Shown: positions 51,061 to 63,631, numbered from the whole stretch's first letter. The stretch: DNA of 63,631 nucleotides, filler included, from Lenisia limosa (GCA_001655205.1; 17 parts of 17 records of this genome joined end to end with filler, not necessarily neighbours in it), one strand, 5' to 3'. The notes: generated by a model from the sequence alone, not told the origin. Translations and numbers: made by a program.

Positions 51061-52079
51061 GGGCCTACAATTTGCTGATGCTGCGAGTTCTATGGGGTCT
51101 AGGGCTTCACTTCGGTTCGAAAAATACGTTACAATATCGAAAATTTTCGAGGATTTATCGAGAAATTCAGTATTTCGAACCGAAGTAAAGCCATAATGGA
51201 GTCTAGTTAGGGGGGGGGGGNNNNNNNNNNNNNNNNNNNNNNNNNNNNNNNNNNNNNNNNNNNNTTAATTAATTAANNNNNNNNNNNNNNNNNNNNNNNN
51301 NNNNNNNNNNNNNNNNNNNNCGGGGTCCGGGGAGGGAGCGGAGTAGAGAATAGCAGTGAGGATGGAGGTAGGCGGCATGGCGGCGTGGGGCAGGAGGTCC
51401 TGGATGGATGATCAGAAAATATCGGAATTTGAAAATATCAGAATTTGGAAAATATTCCCTTACATCCCCACGTTCCCCCCAACTTTATCCGAAATTTGCG
51501 CATTTTACCCCCCTCCCCCCCCCCCNNNNNNNNNNNNNNNNNNNNNNNNNNNNNNNNNNNNNNNNNNNNNNNNNNNNNNNNNNNNNNNNNNNNNNNNNNN
51601 NNNNNNNNNNNNNNNNNNNNNNNNNNNNNNNNNNNNNNNNNNNNNNNNNNNNNNNNNNNNNNNNNNNNNCCATTTGCGTAGGACGGCCTGGGGAGGGGGG
51701 GAGTAAAACTGGAAAATTTATGAAACAAAAACAAAGCCCAAAATCAAATACGTAATACACGAGGGTTGAGAATAGGGCTTCACTTCGGTTCGAAAAAAAG
51801 ACTGATTTTCTCGATTAGTCTTCGAAAATTATCGATATTTCACCGGTATTTTTCGAACCGAAGTGAAACTCAAAGTATACAATAATATACTATCATTTAT
51901 ACCCATAGTATACATAGTTAATGAACTAAAAAAAATAAAGTTGAATCCGGCCGAAGCAGTCCACACCATCACGTTTATAAGAGATATAATTAATATAGCT
52001 ATAATATGTATAATTATGAAGACACACACACATATATATAGCTATGTAATATGTACGTACATAAAGTATAGTTTATGAT

Positions 52080-52181
52080 TAGGGCTTCACTTTGGTTCAA
52101 AAAAAAAGACAGAAGATCTCGATAAATCTTCGATAAATATCGATATTTTACAAGTCTTTTTCGTACCGAAGTGAAGCCCTA
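52080..52181. mobile_element. Family B hairpin MITE (~100 bp), representative copy
   Basis: TIR (ta)gggcttcacttcggttcgaaaa...ttttcgaaccgaagtgaagccc(ta). Copies at ~13309, 29283, 33203, 35505, 38428, 38588, 39420, 41263, 42995, 51099, 51774, 52600, 52840 and 58178. Confidence 0.9.
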
Positions 52182-53189
52182 TATATGACATTATATGTAC
52201 ATATATAATGTCAATACCCCCCCCCCCCCCGTNNNNNNNNNNNNNNNNNNNNNNNNNNNNNNNNNNNNNNNNNNNNNNNNNNNNNNNNNNNNNNNNNNNN
52301 NNNNNNNNNNNNNNNNNNNNNNNNNNNNNNNNNNNNNNNNNNNNNNNNNNNNNNNNNNNNNNNNNNNNNNNNNNNNNNNNNNNNNNNNNNNNNNNNNNNN
52401 NNNNNNNNNNNNNNNNNNNNNNNNNNNNNNNNNNNNNNNNNNNNNTACTCAACTGGGGGGGAAAGGGGGGTAAAACGAAGGAAATAAAATTGGAAAATTT
52501 CAACAAAACAGCAACTCAAAAAAAATTCACTATTACACTCCACCTTTTTATATCGTAGTAATATTATGTATGTATGATATATACTACATATGATATCATT
52601 ACGGCTTCACTTCGGTCCGAAAACGAACGGTAAGTTATCGAGAAATTAAGTCTGTTTTAGAACCGAAGTGAAGCCCTAGATAGTACATCCCCATAAAGTA
52701 TAAGATTNNNNNNNNNNNNNNNNNNNNNNNNNNNNNNNNNNNNNNNNNNNNTTAATTAATTAANNNNNNNNNNNNNNNNNNNNNNNNNNNNNNNNNNNNN
52801 NNNNNNNAAAAAAAAAAACAATCAATTTGTCTAAAAATTAAGGCTTCACTTCGGTTCGGAAAAATATGAAGCCCTGCTCATAATGAATAATAACAATCAA
52901 TTTGTCTGATATTGAAAACACCCTCATTAGTCCCATATTGAACAAAAAACACACAGTCAATTACTCTTTACTGAAAAAAACAAACAAAAACAATACTAGG
53001 GGAGTTTCCCAGGTATCAATTGGAGTAAAGAGATGGGTATTCAGGGTTAGGGTAGCAACATATTCTTCTTTGGACAAGAAATAGTTAACATTGTACTCTT
53101 CCCATCATTTTACTGGCGAAAACCCCTCACATAACACAATTTGCCAATCAACTAGGAACAATACAAGTTGCCCATCATTTTACTTGAGA

Positions 53190-53930
53190 AAACCGCTCAC
53201 CTAACACAGGACCGTTCAGTCTGGCCATCGCTAGGCACAACAGCAAGGCCTCGGCAGCCCTCTGATATGTTCCCTCCAGGGAAACTCAGGGGTCCCTCAG
53301 CCTTGATAGTGAGTTTATGATATTATGTATTTAATTGTGAATATTATAATTAATTGATTAAGAATATTATGAGTTTCATGAAAATGATGAAAAAACGCGA
53401 TTATGATAGATTCAATATTAATAGTAGAGATTATCGGTAAGATTTATCCCTTCGTCAAAGAATCACTTCCAAACCCTCTTTTATCAAGAGCACTACTATC
53501 ATATAGCCCGCGCGCACTTTGACGAGGCCGTTGTGGTGGTAGGACAGCAGATGGTCTAATTCGGCTGGGATGGTCGTGGCTACTGTAGGCAAACTATCGA
53601 GGAATCTGGCAGTGTAAGCGAAGGTAATTGATTGGAGGGGAGGTGAACACAATCCAGGAATCTGGGGGGAGAGTGCTCCTTTTATACAATGTACATGTAC
53701 ATGATATTCTACTATTCATGCATATGCTTATACATATCATATAGTATACAGTAACCAGGTAAGTCTTGACCTATTGTCCTTGGGAAATCACATAGTAAAT
53801 CGGTCAAGACTTATCGACTTATCCTGTTCACTGTATGTGTACACCCCACACACCTGATTGCTATTTCAGCGGACTCCGGACCGGACGATGTGCCGGCCAA
53901 GAGGTCCAGAAGGGGGGCGATGGAAGGGGC
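53190..53930 (-). CDS. Hypothetical protein fragment
   Basis: cag|PFHRPLLDLLAGTSSGPESAEIAIR|gtgtgtgggg and cag|IPGLCSPPLQSITFAYTARFLDSLPTVATTIPAELDHLLSYHHNGLVK|gtgcgc. Confidence 0.45.
53745..53835. mobile_element. Family E hairpin MITE (~90 bp, CAGT termini, Tc1/mariner-like)
   Basis: tacagt.accaggtaagtcttgacc...aatcggtcaagacttat..cctgttcactgta. Copies at ~37590, ~59641 and ~61727 (core only). Confidence 0.75.
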
Positions 53931-54050
53931 TGAGCGGGGGGGGGGGGGGGNNNNNNNNNNNNNNNNNNNNNNNNNNNNNNNNNNNNNNNNNNNNTTAATT
54001 AATTAANNNNNNNNNNNNNNNNNNNNNNNNNNNNNNNNNNNNNNNNNNNN

Positions 54051-55240
54051 GCTCCCCTTTCACGTTCTTAAGGTATCTTGGTCCAAAAGCAGTCTCATCA
54101 GCGAAGTAAAAAAACGAAGGATCGATCTCACATGCTGCATCTGAAGGTGTGGACTCCATGAAGAGGGAAAACAATTCGTCATTACAGTCATTTACCAGAG
54201 AAATGGACTGAGTTGTCTATACTTTCCCATCGACAATCTAGTGTATTAGCAATAGTGAAATCATTCAGGCCAACTCGAATAAACACTGACTACAAGACAA
54301 GAGAATGGATCCATAATGCTCTCATTGATAAGGGTCTTTTCAACTTCACAGAATGATGGGCCAAGGGAAGACCTTGCCAAATTGCTAAAATAATTAGAAA
54401 AGTGTTGATACAAACCTTTATCAAAACTACCATCCAAGAAGAGGCAAGGAGAGCTAAGAAGACTGGAGACCATCAGATTTTTACATTGCGTCATGCCATA
54501 AGCAGTGCAAGCTGCCTTTTGTTTTTCTGAAGCATCAAGTAAAATGTTGTGTTACTGTTTTCTGAGATATTATGTGTATCTGAACGTTTGTTTTTATAAG
54601 TTAGTCAAAAAAAAAAAAGTCGAAGAATAATAACTACAAACCTGTGTGTGGGAGCAAAGATTCTCGTCCATATCTTTGAACTCGCGATCGAATTTTTGCT
54701 TGATTTCTGTGCTGATCCNNNNNNNNNNNNNNNNNNNNNNNNNNNNNNNNNNNNNNNNNNNNNNNNNNNNNNNNNNNNNNNNNNNNNNNNNNNNNNNNNN
54801 NNNNNNNNNNNNNNNNNNNNNNNNNNNNNNNNNNNNNNNNNNNNNNNNNNNNNNNNNNNNNNNNNNNNNNNNNNNNNNNNNNNNNNNNNNNNNNNNNNNN
54901 NNNNNNNNNNNNNNNNNNNNNNNNNNNNNNNNNNNNNNNNNNNNNTACGCGTCAGGATCACATCGCTGATCTTGACAGAATAGGAGCTTTTATAATCAAT
55001 AATTGTGAAGCACTTCCTTGGTAGGCTGTCGGGAAGGTATCTTTGATTGTGGTATGCCTCACAAGCTCTTCTCAGAAGCTGGTTCCGCTCGAGGGGGTTC
55101 AAGAAGTCCTGAAAACCGTTGGGTTCAATGTGGAGATTATATCCGAGCGGGGTGGACATGGCCCCCACAAGCCAGGTGTCGTCGTGCTGGATGGTGCCAG
55201 GGTCCATACCTTCCCCCGAGGCTTGTAATTGATCTTTCTA
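54051..55240 (-). CDS. Hypothetical protein with introns
   Basis: ORF ..MDPGTIQHDDTWLVG..CFTIIDYKSSY.., then DASEKQKAACTAYGMTQCKNL..DPFSC and spliced DCRWESIDNSVHFS|DAACEIDPSFFTSLMRLLLDQDTLR. Confidence 0.45.
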
Positions 55241-56469
55241 TTTTTAGTCTTTTTTATATTATTAATATCATCTTTTAGATCCAGTCTCTTGCGTTTTATA
55301 AGTTCCATACTATCGTTGTCTATGAGCCTGCCTTTACTTCTCATGTATTTCAAGTAAGTGTTGGCCTTTTGTTATCTTATCAAATATTACAATTGATTTA
55401 TTTTACTGGTTCAGGTTGGGGATCAGTACCATCACTCCCATGTGAACCGGCTGCTACACGAACTTATCAGAAAATTCGCCTCTCACATGGCTTCACTTCA
55501 GTTAGAAAGGGAAAGCTGAAAAGGAAAAGAAAATTGAGAAAGAATAAGTTGGGGAAAGTTGTTGTGAAAAAGAAGAAACCAACTAAGAAATGAGATGTTC
55601 TTTCATCCATTTTGTGGTTATTTTGTACTATTTTCAATGTTTTGCCATATTTTTTGAGACAGTAAAAGGCTTAAAAAAAAATAAAAAAAAAATTCACAAA
55701 AAGGGGAGTGAACTGGATAAAATAGACTTTTTAAATCTTCGACTCCAAAAAATAAAACAATTAGTTTTAGCATTTTTCACTTTTTACTAATGAATGATCA
55801 GAGAAAGTTAATTTGTCAGCGTTTCTTGATGCACTGGGCCCCTTTTTATTCTCTACATATGCATATGCTACCAACACTAAACCCGATTTTTTATAAATTC
55901 CCATTTTCCGTCTTTTTTTTTCTTGCTTTCTATGTCTCACAAAATATGGCAAAACATTGAACAAATTAAGCCTTATATTAGTATAATCCTCGAACTGAGA
56001 CGAAGTTAAAAACAGGTTCAAAAAAATATTCTGAATTGTTTGAACCGTGTGTCTCTCTACACAAGTCGTCCCTCTAGCAGTATAGAAAGCAGCATCCCTT
56101 TAGCAGCATCAAGAACCACCAGAGTGGGAATGGGGTTTTTGACGATTTCCTTTATACTTCCAATTTATGTCACTTATACAAATTTAAAGGTTTTGTAATT
56201 TGTCAGAAATATATATGCAGATTTTATGTTGAATTGAATTCCCTATTACATCTCAGACTCTCTAGGTAAGCGGGAATGGCTTGTAACTGTTGTCGTCAGT
56301 ATGTTGTAAGAGATAGATTATCACATTCAACCTCGTTATTTCATTTATTCAAAGTTTTATAAACTCATAGATTAATGTTGTATTAAGCCCATAATTTACA
56401 ATGTCGGGAGGACAACCATGTTGGACTTCCCGTGTTTAAGGTCAAAGACCAAAACACCAGCCCAAATAC

Positions 56470-57229
56470 CCAAAAAGAAACAAGAATTGGATATAAATAC
56501 ATCAATGAATGAGAACAACCGGACAGAATTCCAACCACCCCTCTTCATTTTCTCTTCATCTGTGCCAGTCATATCTGTGACGCTGCTGTTGCGGAAGGAA
56601 TGAATGGTGTATAGTTTGGCTTCTTTCTTGGATAATCCAGTTTTCACGAGGTCATTACGAATAATCTCATACGGCTCTGGTTCGAAGTATACTCCCAGAT
56701 GGCCATACAAAAAGAGCATGCTGGGTGCTCTTGGCGATTGATTTTCATTGCTCGAATAATTGGCCGATAGCCCTAACCGGGCACAAGTCCCGCTTAAACG
56801 CCATTCTGTACTGCAAAGTCACAGGTTTATTGGAATTCTTTGTAAAGGCTGAAACGAAGGAAATGCCATTCTTCCTTCTCGATACAGACTCCAATGGTGG
56901 ACCTCTTTCCAAAGCCTTGCAGTTAGGAGGGAGGGAATCTCCCATTCTTGCAACACAAAGAAAGTAGCCATATGCATATACACTGTTCTTATCAAGATGT
57001 TCACCTCATCGGTCGCAGGTCTTGTGTCATTAAGGGCTTTAAACGAGCTGTTTGTTGTCTTTCTTAGCTCTTGCTGGAGGTTCTTGACCATTGAAGCTGA
57101 GCTGAAACGGTTCTTTGTTGGATAGTCTTGTCCCTCTCAAGAGCGTATCTCGCCAGAGATGAAACATATCTAGCGATAGTCTGAGGGATCTTGGTAGTTG
57201 TAGAGACTTCTTCGATCCAAAGCTCAATC
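56470..57229 (-). pseudogene. Decayed tyrosine recombinase (Crypton/DIRS-type)
   Basis: Motifs in order: TIARYVSSLARY (core-binding-like), AYGYFLCVARMGD (catalytic R), FTKNS (K), DLCPVRAI, HALFVWPSG, LYTIHSFR (HxxR), RGGWNS. About three frameshifts and one in-frame TGA. Confidence 0.8.
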
Positions 57230-59499
57230 TGCGGAGTATTAGTATTTTGTTAAAACTGCGAACATGATTAAAACCGCGAACAAAAAGGAGGCTTTTCTTT
57301 CAATTTTTGAGCCAATACGCTCCTTATTTACGCCTCTTTCGCATTTTTTGCAAGTTATTGCCCGAAACACTCCTTTATACAGGGTTTTATTCATAAGAAT
57401 AGGCAGGGATATCATGCAAAATACCATCTTCATGTGACCCCGTTGGGGTTCGATTCTGATCCAAAGATCTTTTTTTTCGATTTTTTTATCCTCATTTTTT
57501 TTCTTCTTTTTGCTCAAAATTAATTGTATTGATTGAAGTCTAGTACTCAAAACTGCAGAATTTCACACTAAAAAGGGTGTTATTGAAGCGATTTATGTCG
57601 ATTTTTGACTTGTTCGTGGTTTTAATCATGTTCGCGGTTTTAAACACCAACCCATATGGTATTATTTGGAAACTCACTCAATTAGCACAAGCACAGAGTA
57701 TTTCGTTGGAAACTGTACTTTGTAAATCTACCCTATTTTCGTTTAACTTATCACTATATTCCCATTATTATGAATTGTTGAACAGTTTTCTTATATATAC
57801 AACGACAAGCCAAAGTTGGAACATCCCCAATACTCCATGCTCCATTATTATTAGCATCTGTTTTATAATCTAGGACTGCTCTCGTGAAAATATTTTTATT
57901 GGGTTCGAACAATGCATTTTGAATGTATTGTGATATCTTGTAACTTGTTATTTTCGTCAAATATTACGTCAAAATCCCTTTCTGTGGTTCTCTTCATCAT
58001 GGGGGAATATGTCCAAGCTTGGCAACCTTATATTTCTTCAGAGGTGTTCTTATCGGTAGAGCTGGGGAAAGGGGGTAAAGTAATTTCTACCTTCTATTGA
58101 ACCAAATCACTCGTACTTTTTACCCAACCTGTTAATATGTTTTATTTTCAAGTAAATTATATTGTAGTCATATAACTTGGGCTTCACTTCTGTCCGAACA
58201 AGATCGGTAAAATATCGATAATTGTGGAGATTTATCAAGAAATTCAGTCTTTTTTTCTAACTGAAGCCCTGCATATATCGATATGTAACTCATACAGTAT
58301 ATGATATACATGTAGGTGACCATACATGAACGCGAACACTCACATGAACGCGAACGCTTTTTAAAAACTTACAAAAATCCGCAATTAGATGCGATTTAAC
58401 TTATCATTTTTACACAATATTCAATAATTAACACTGGAAAAGCATTTTTTTTTAGCAAAATTGATTTTTTTAGAATTTTCTAGAATAGTCTCTTAAAAAT
58501 TCAGTTCAGTTCATTGCCCCTTTTCTCCAATTTTTTTTTTTTTCAGAGCCCTCTTTTACAGTTTGAAACATAGATTTTTGATTTTGTATTATTTATTTTT
58601 TTCTTGCCCATTTGCTGGCTTAGTACCTCATTTTTGTTTTCATGAGTTTTGTTTTATACAAAAGACCAATAAAGACCCTCGGAACAATCATCCGAACATT
58701 CACCCGAACTGTCACGTTTTTTCCTCTCCAAGAGTCTCAAGAAGCTTTTAATCATTGTTTGAGGGTGTGCATTGGGTGTAACCACCAAAAAATACAGGAC
58801 CACATTGTCTAGTTGTGGTGTGACCATTTTTCAAAGGGTTTTGAGGATTATTACAATAGTATCGAATTCAACTGGATAACACCAATAAAGTATTTTACAC
58901 TAATTCAACTGAATTACATTTGATGTTTATGCTCTGTCGCTGACAAACAAAATGCNNNNNNNNNNNNNNNNNNNNNNNNNNNNNNNNNNNNNNNNNNNNT
59001 TAATTAATTAANNNNNNNNNNNNNNNNNNNNNNNNNNNNNNNNNNNNNNNNNNNNATACTATAATTCAACATAACTGAGAAGCGTGATGGTGTGGACGGC
59101 TCCGGCCAGATACAACCTTATTTTGTTATTTTACATTGCTATGTACAGTATAATGTACATGTAGTAGTTAATATGGTATCTCCCCCCATCCCTACACATT
59201 ATCTCCCCCCATCCCTACACATTATTTGCTTGTCGAGGAACATCTGCAAAGCCAATCTAAGTAATAGGTTATTTGTAAACAGGAAAACTAAGACAATTAT
59301 GTGAAAATGAGAAATACACCAACTACTGATCAAAGAAGAATCAGTTATGTATTGGTCTAAGAAGAATATGCTTAGTAATAAGTTTTTTTTATGGTAAAGG
59401 CATGGGGGAAACAATGTGTTTGTTGGTTTTTTTGGACTGATTGTTATTTCAAAACGTCCCCTGTGCTTTACCCCTCTTGGAACCTATAATATCCCTATT

Positions 59500-60024
59500 T
59501 CTACCAGGCTTTTGTTTCTCTCTTTTGTCTATTGATTCAAAAAGAGATTTTGCCTCCCAAGGCCAACTTTTTCAGGTAGGGGGATTTTGGACTTGGGTGT
59601 TTCGGAGAAATACTGATGCTCCTGGAGTGTGAAACAATATAAAGTGACCAGGGTAAGTCTTGACCGATTTTCCTTGGGAAATCATAGAGTAAATGAGTCA
59701 AGACCCGGTCACTGTTTATGGAAATGAGCTAAGAAAATAGATCAAAATATTGATGCTCTTGTGGGGGGGGGGGGGNNNNNNNNNNNNNNNNNNNNNNNNN
59801 NNNNNNNNNNNNNNNNNNNNNNNNNNNNNNNNNNNNNNNNNNNNNNNNNNNNNNNNNNNCATGAAACTTATAGACAAGAAAGGACCCAGTATTCCTTCTC
59901 ACTCCCCTACCTGGTCATCCGCCTCCTCCTCGCCCTTGACCGCCTGGGTGTGGAAAGCGTAGCGGAATTGCCTCTGACTCTCCGTGACAAAACGGTCTTT
60001 TGGGGCTTGTGTCTAATGGATTAA
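59500..60024 (+). CDS. 3' end of a gene with a SOCS-box-like C-terminus
   Basis: Terminal exon HETYRQERTQYSFSLPYLVIRLLLALDRLGVESVAELPLTLRDKTVFWGLCLMD* resembles SL..L....I......I..LPL..LK. Confidence 0.4.
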
Positions 60025-60099
60025 GGAAAACAGCACAACAACATGTTTAAGAGGATTAAGGATAACAGCAGGTTTTAACAACAGGTTTACGAAGAATCG

Positions 60100-61640
60100 A
60101 CTTATCTAGCGTTATCCGGTCAAAACTGGCATAAACGTGAGTTCAGTTACGATCCTGCAAAAAAAAACAAAACAATTATAAGGTTAAGAGAATCAAATTT
60201 TATTGCGTTTGTGAAATATATTGAATAAAGAAAAATATAAGCACAAACAATCATTTCCCTTACAGCTCCGTACACACAGCTTTTTACATATATTCTATTC
60301 TTTATGGTCCAAATTTTATTAACGATGTAACCAAAAAAAAAAAAAGCCACGCAAACCTTGCGAGGATTCACGAAGTAGTTGGGCTTTTTGTTGACATTTT
60401 CGTTCTCACGGAGCCAATATTCAACTCTACAGGAATTGTTAACTTGGATTTTGGCTTGCATGATTGCTAACAGTTGATGGCATGATTGTTAACTTCGTAT
60501 GATAAAACGAAGCTCTAATCCCAAGGTATTATTTGTATATCCCTCTATTAAACTAAAGAATAAAATCCGCAAGATTTAGGAAGACTATGATTAAAGCCGT
60601 TATCTTAACGGGCTTTTGCATAGTGTACATTGACAAATCATGAACACTTGAAAGTAAATATTCGAGCGATTTATGATAGATATAACCACATCATGAAGAT
60701 GATAATATAAAATAACATGATCATATCTATTATGTATGATAAAATGAGATGATTCGGGAACATATGAAATGTTTGAGAAATATGAGACGGTTGGTTGAAA
60801 AAACTGAGGCATGTTAAATCAAGAGAAACAGCAGCTCAGTTGATAGAATTGCTGTATTTTATCTTTACACCAGTCATGCCTCGATAATTGCCCGTTAACA
60901 AGCAAAAGAAAAGAGCATACCCCTGATCAGGAGAAAACCGTTTAGGTTGAACCGCAGTTTCAGTTGTTGGGTAGGCAACGTAGTTCTAAACAATTATTTG
61001 TCATATTTTATCAACAAAACAAACCGGGAAAACATCTGTATTTGCGAACGTTCGATTCACAAATATCCTTTTACCCATCCTGCTATTTAATGTCTCAAAT
61101 TAAGTTTTAACGTGATTTATTCTCTGTTCACTGTTGTAATTTGTTCTAAAAAGAGCAAAAAATGCATAAAAGGAAACATGGGGTGGACCATCTTACCTAT
61201 ATATTGAATTTTGCGACAGAGAATGGTCTTTTTGCTGTTGTGTTAACGAGAGACAATTCAACATTTCAAAAGTGGTATTATTACAGGAACTTAGAGTCGT
61301 TTTGATCCTTGTGTATTGAAGTTAACTTGACCCTATAGCCGTGTTCCTGGTTTTGGGTTCAAGATGAGGCGAGAGGTACGAATTAACTTACATTTTTCGG
61401 GGAAAAGATGGATTTGGGGCGATGGAATAAACCAACTGTTCACTACTTCTCCCACTTGTCCCTCTTCTCGTGCCTTTCACTGCCAATTCGGCAAGAAACT
61501 CACTTTTATTCAGCCTATTCCGCTCTTCTCCAATGAGAGGCTTCAACTCCTCAAGATCATTCACACGCTTGCTGAGAAAGGTCAGTGAGGTGTTCGTTAT
61601 GAAAGCTAGAATGTCCTATGTTTGCCACTTTATTTTAAGA
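60100..61640 (-). CDS. Hypothetical AT-rich multi-exon gene
   Basis: SKRVNDLEELKPLIGEERNRLNKSEFLAELAVKGTRRGQ|gtggga; phase-consistent RMGKRIFVNRTFANTDVFP|NYVAYPTTETAVQPKRFSPDQG. Confidence 0.4.
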
Positions 61641-62259
61641 CTTGAATATTAACTGCTGATATTCTTTTCTAATACCGTCCTCATCTCTCCTTATGTTTGA
61701 ATTTTTTTTTTCTCGCGCGCGCTTAGTTAGTCTTGACCGATTTGTTCTATGATTTCAAATCGTTCAAGACTTATCAATAAAAATAAGCTTTCAATAAATC
61801 TTAGGCAAAAGGATACATAGGGTTACCATAAACAAAGATGCGCAGATGTAATGAATTTAGCTATATACTAATGAGACAAGTGATGCAGGTGTATGCTGTC
61901 ATTTTACCATTTTATTATATGTTATTTTGTAACCAGAGGTGTTTTCTTGCAAGAGAAAGCTGTGTGTGCAGAGTTGTAAGGCAGATGATTGGGTGAATTA
62001 ATATTATACATTATTCTATTATCAAATATCTTAACGTAGTATGGACGGCTTCAACAACCGTGTCTTATTTCTCATCTCTACATACAATAAGGGCAAAACT
62101 TAAAGAAATTCCTATGAATTCAATCTTTTAACGCGTTATCTACATATCAAGTAATTGACTCTCACCACTTTGTCTTATTTATCTCTCTTCATATATCTTG
62201 GGGCCAACTCAGAAATCTCTCGAATTCTTTTTTTTTTTCAAGCATTTTCTTATCAAACA

Positions 62260-62391
62260 ATGGATTGTGACAGTTCAGCCAATCGGGGCGGGAATGAAGC
62301 CGCAGACTACAAAACCGTTTTGTCAAGTCTTCCCGATGCGACAACGGTGGAGAGATTGGCGCAGGCGTGTGGCGTGACCAGTTCGGCTGTG
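62260..62391 (+). CDS. Probable gene start, truncated by scaffold end
   Basis: MDCDSSANRGGNEAADYKTVLSSLPDATTVERLAQACGVTSSAV, GC-rich after an AT-rich upstream region. Confidence 0.35.
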
Positions 62392-62540
62392 NNNNNNNNN
62401 NNNNNNNNNNNNNNNNNNNNNNNNNNNNNNNNNNNTTAATTAATTAANNNNNNNNNNNNNNNNNNNNNNNNNNNNNNNNNNNNNNNNNNNNGGGGGGGGG
62501 GGGCAACCTATTAAGATTCGCCTTGTTTTTCACTACTCAC

Positions 62541-63151
62541 CTTAATTTTGCTCCCTGATCTTAAGATTTGCCTTGATTTTTCCACTCCCACCAATTTTCT
62601 AAGGATTCGCCCACTCCGGTACTTTCGTTCAACATGAAGAAGTTGGTCGTCGATTATGTGGCTGTAGGAGGGTGGCGTTATGTGGCTGTAGGAGGGTGGC
62701 GTTATGTCGACATGTACAATAACCGCCGTAAGTCTTGAGTGATTTTTTACGGTATAATGCATAATATCCTAAATTGGATTGTGATGAGTGTTAATCTAAA
62801 GGAAAATTAGTTAAGACTTTTCACGGTCACAGTATGATACGTAGAACAGTTTTTCTATTCAATCAGCATTAAGTCCTCAACATTCATTTTACAGTTTCAT
62901 GTTGGGTTCGAGAAGATGAGATGCGGTTTTCATTGATATGTTGTCGTACCAGCTGTATAATATTGCCTTTGTTTTCTTCTTCAAAATAAGTTGGTCTTTC
63001 ACTTCCCAGCACCCCTTCAATGCAACGTACTCCGCTTCTATGAAGGAGCTTATAGTGGAAGACTGCATGGCGCCGAAAGCGTTCAAGAACCTCTTGGCTA
63101 CTGAGGCCTACCATCATGACAGCTGTACGCCGCCTTTCCTCTTGTGCAATA
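62541..63151 (-). CDS. Hypothetical protein, two in-frame exons with an in-frame 24-bp duplication
   Basis: ag|IAQEERRRTAVMMVGLSSQEVLERF...SRTQHET|gtaaaa...tttag|DIMHYTVKNHSRLTAVIVHVDITPPSYSHITPPSYSHIIDD...KIK|gtgagt. Confidence 0.5.
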
Positions 63152-63631
63152 CTAGTGCTTCACTTTCGGTTCATATAGAGCAATCACTTACAGTTATACA
63201 GTATTCTGTATTTAGTGTATTATTTTCAAGTCCAAATGGGTTCGTTTTCACCCTACCGTGTTAGCTCATTTCTGCAATCATTTTAAGGGATGCAACTTTT
63301 AAGCCTTAACTTTGGTCGATCCATTCATTCCTCCGTTTCCCTTGTTTCTGATTTCATTCGATTGTGTTTCTTCTCTGAGTTACAGATATCCATTAATTAA
63401 AAGTTTTAATTTTAATTTCTGAACAATCATGTGTTACAACTACTTCCCACCAGACAAGATTGAGTTGATTCTGTTGATTCTGTACTCTTTTTCGTTGTTG
63501 TGTATTTCATGTACTATGTCCCTTTAACCCCCCATTAACCCCCCACAGCCGCCAATTTTGTGCATCTTGATATGGCCACTACGCTTGATTCTGCCCCGTC
63601 TTATACCGGCCAGGGTATATCCGGTAGGAGG

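Noticed and set aside
54070-54130. FYFADETAF, an IS630/Tc1 DDE-like word
   Set aside because: It is off-frame relative to a phase-consistent spliced reading, and no other transposase motifs are present.
54960-57960. IIDYKSS and VLDYKTD as PD-(D/E)xK nuclease motifs, and a faint hAT dimerisation-like stretch at 57660-57900
   Set aside because: Short words without the upstream acidic motif or ERxFS; too weak to call without HMM searches.
60560-61060. Stop-riddled frame with a vague viral cysteine-protease look
   Set aside because: The stops fall in ordinary GT-AG introns; the region splices as a normal minus-strand gene.
62889-63086. Ty1/copia RNase H-like words (SSFIEAEYVAL...DNIS) in a minus frame
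   Set aside because: Another minus frame forms a longer ORF with clean AG/GT ends that splices in phase to the next exon. The copia KHI/ADxLTK motifs and RT are absent. Likely coincidence.
16-63264. Most ORF-track entries containing X runs
   Set aside because: They are read-through of N gaps or intronic repeats; real genes here are fragmented into short exons.

Overview
This is not one continuous locus. It is a concatenation of 17 short scaffolds of an intron-dense eukaryote, probably a protist; I cannot name the species. Sixteen identical 100-nt linkers (44 N + TTAATTAATTAA + 44 N) separate the scaffolds, and many internal gaps start at G or C homopolymers. Recognisable genes: a SIZ/PIAS-type SP-RING SUMO ligase, the 3' part of an SHQ1-like gene, a large surface protein with receptor L-domain repeats and Gly-rich repeats, a PSI + thrombospondin type-3 surface protein fragment, a glycoprotein built from duplicated exons, multi-pass membrane proteins, and several coiled-coil or low-complexity proteins. 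Mobile DNA: a decayed 5'-truncated RNase H + CCHC non-LTR retrotransposon, a decayed tyrosine recombinase (Crypton/DIRS-like), two hairpin MITE families and a foldback nest. The most interesting signal is in the introns. Two non-palindromic repeat families ('D' and 'CA') occur only in the sense orientation of their host genes. Family D repeatedly ends exactly at the 3' splice site and sometimes makes up almost the whole intron (introner-like), whereas MITE family B in the same introns has mixed orientation. Many introns also open with a G-run and close with a C-run, which could pair. Gene models were spliced by eye, so boundaries are approximate (tens of nt).
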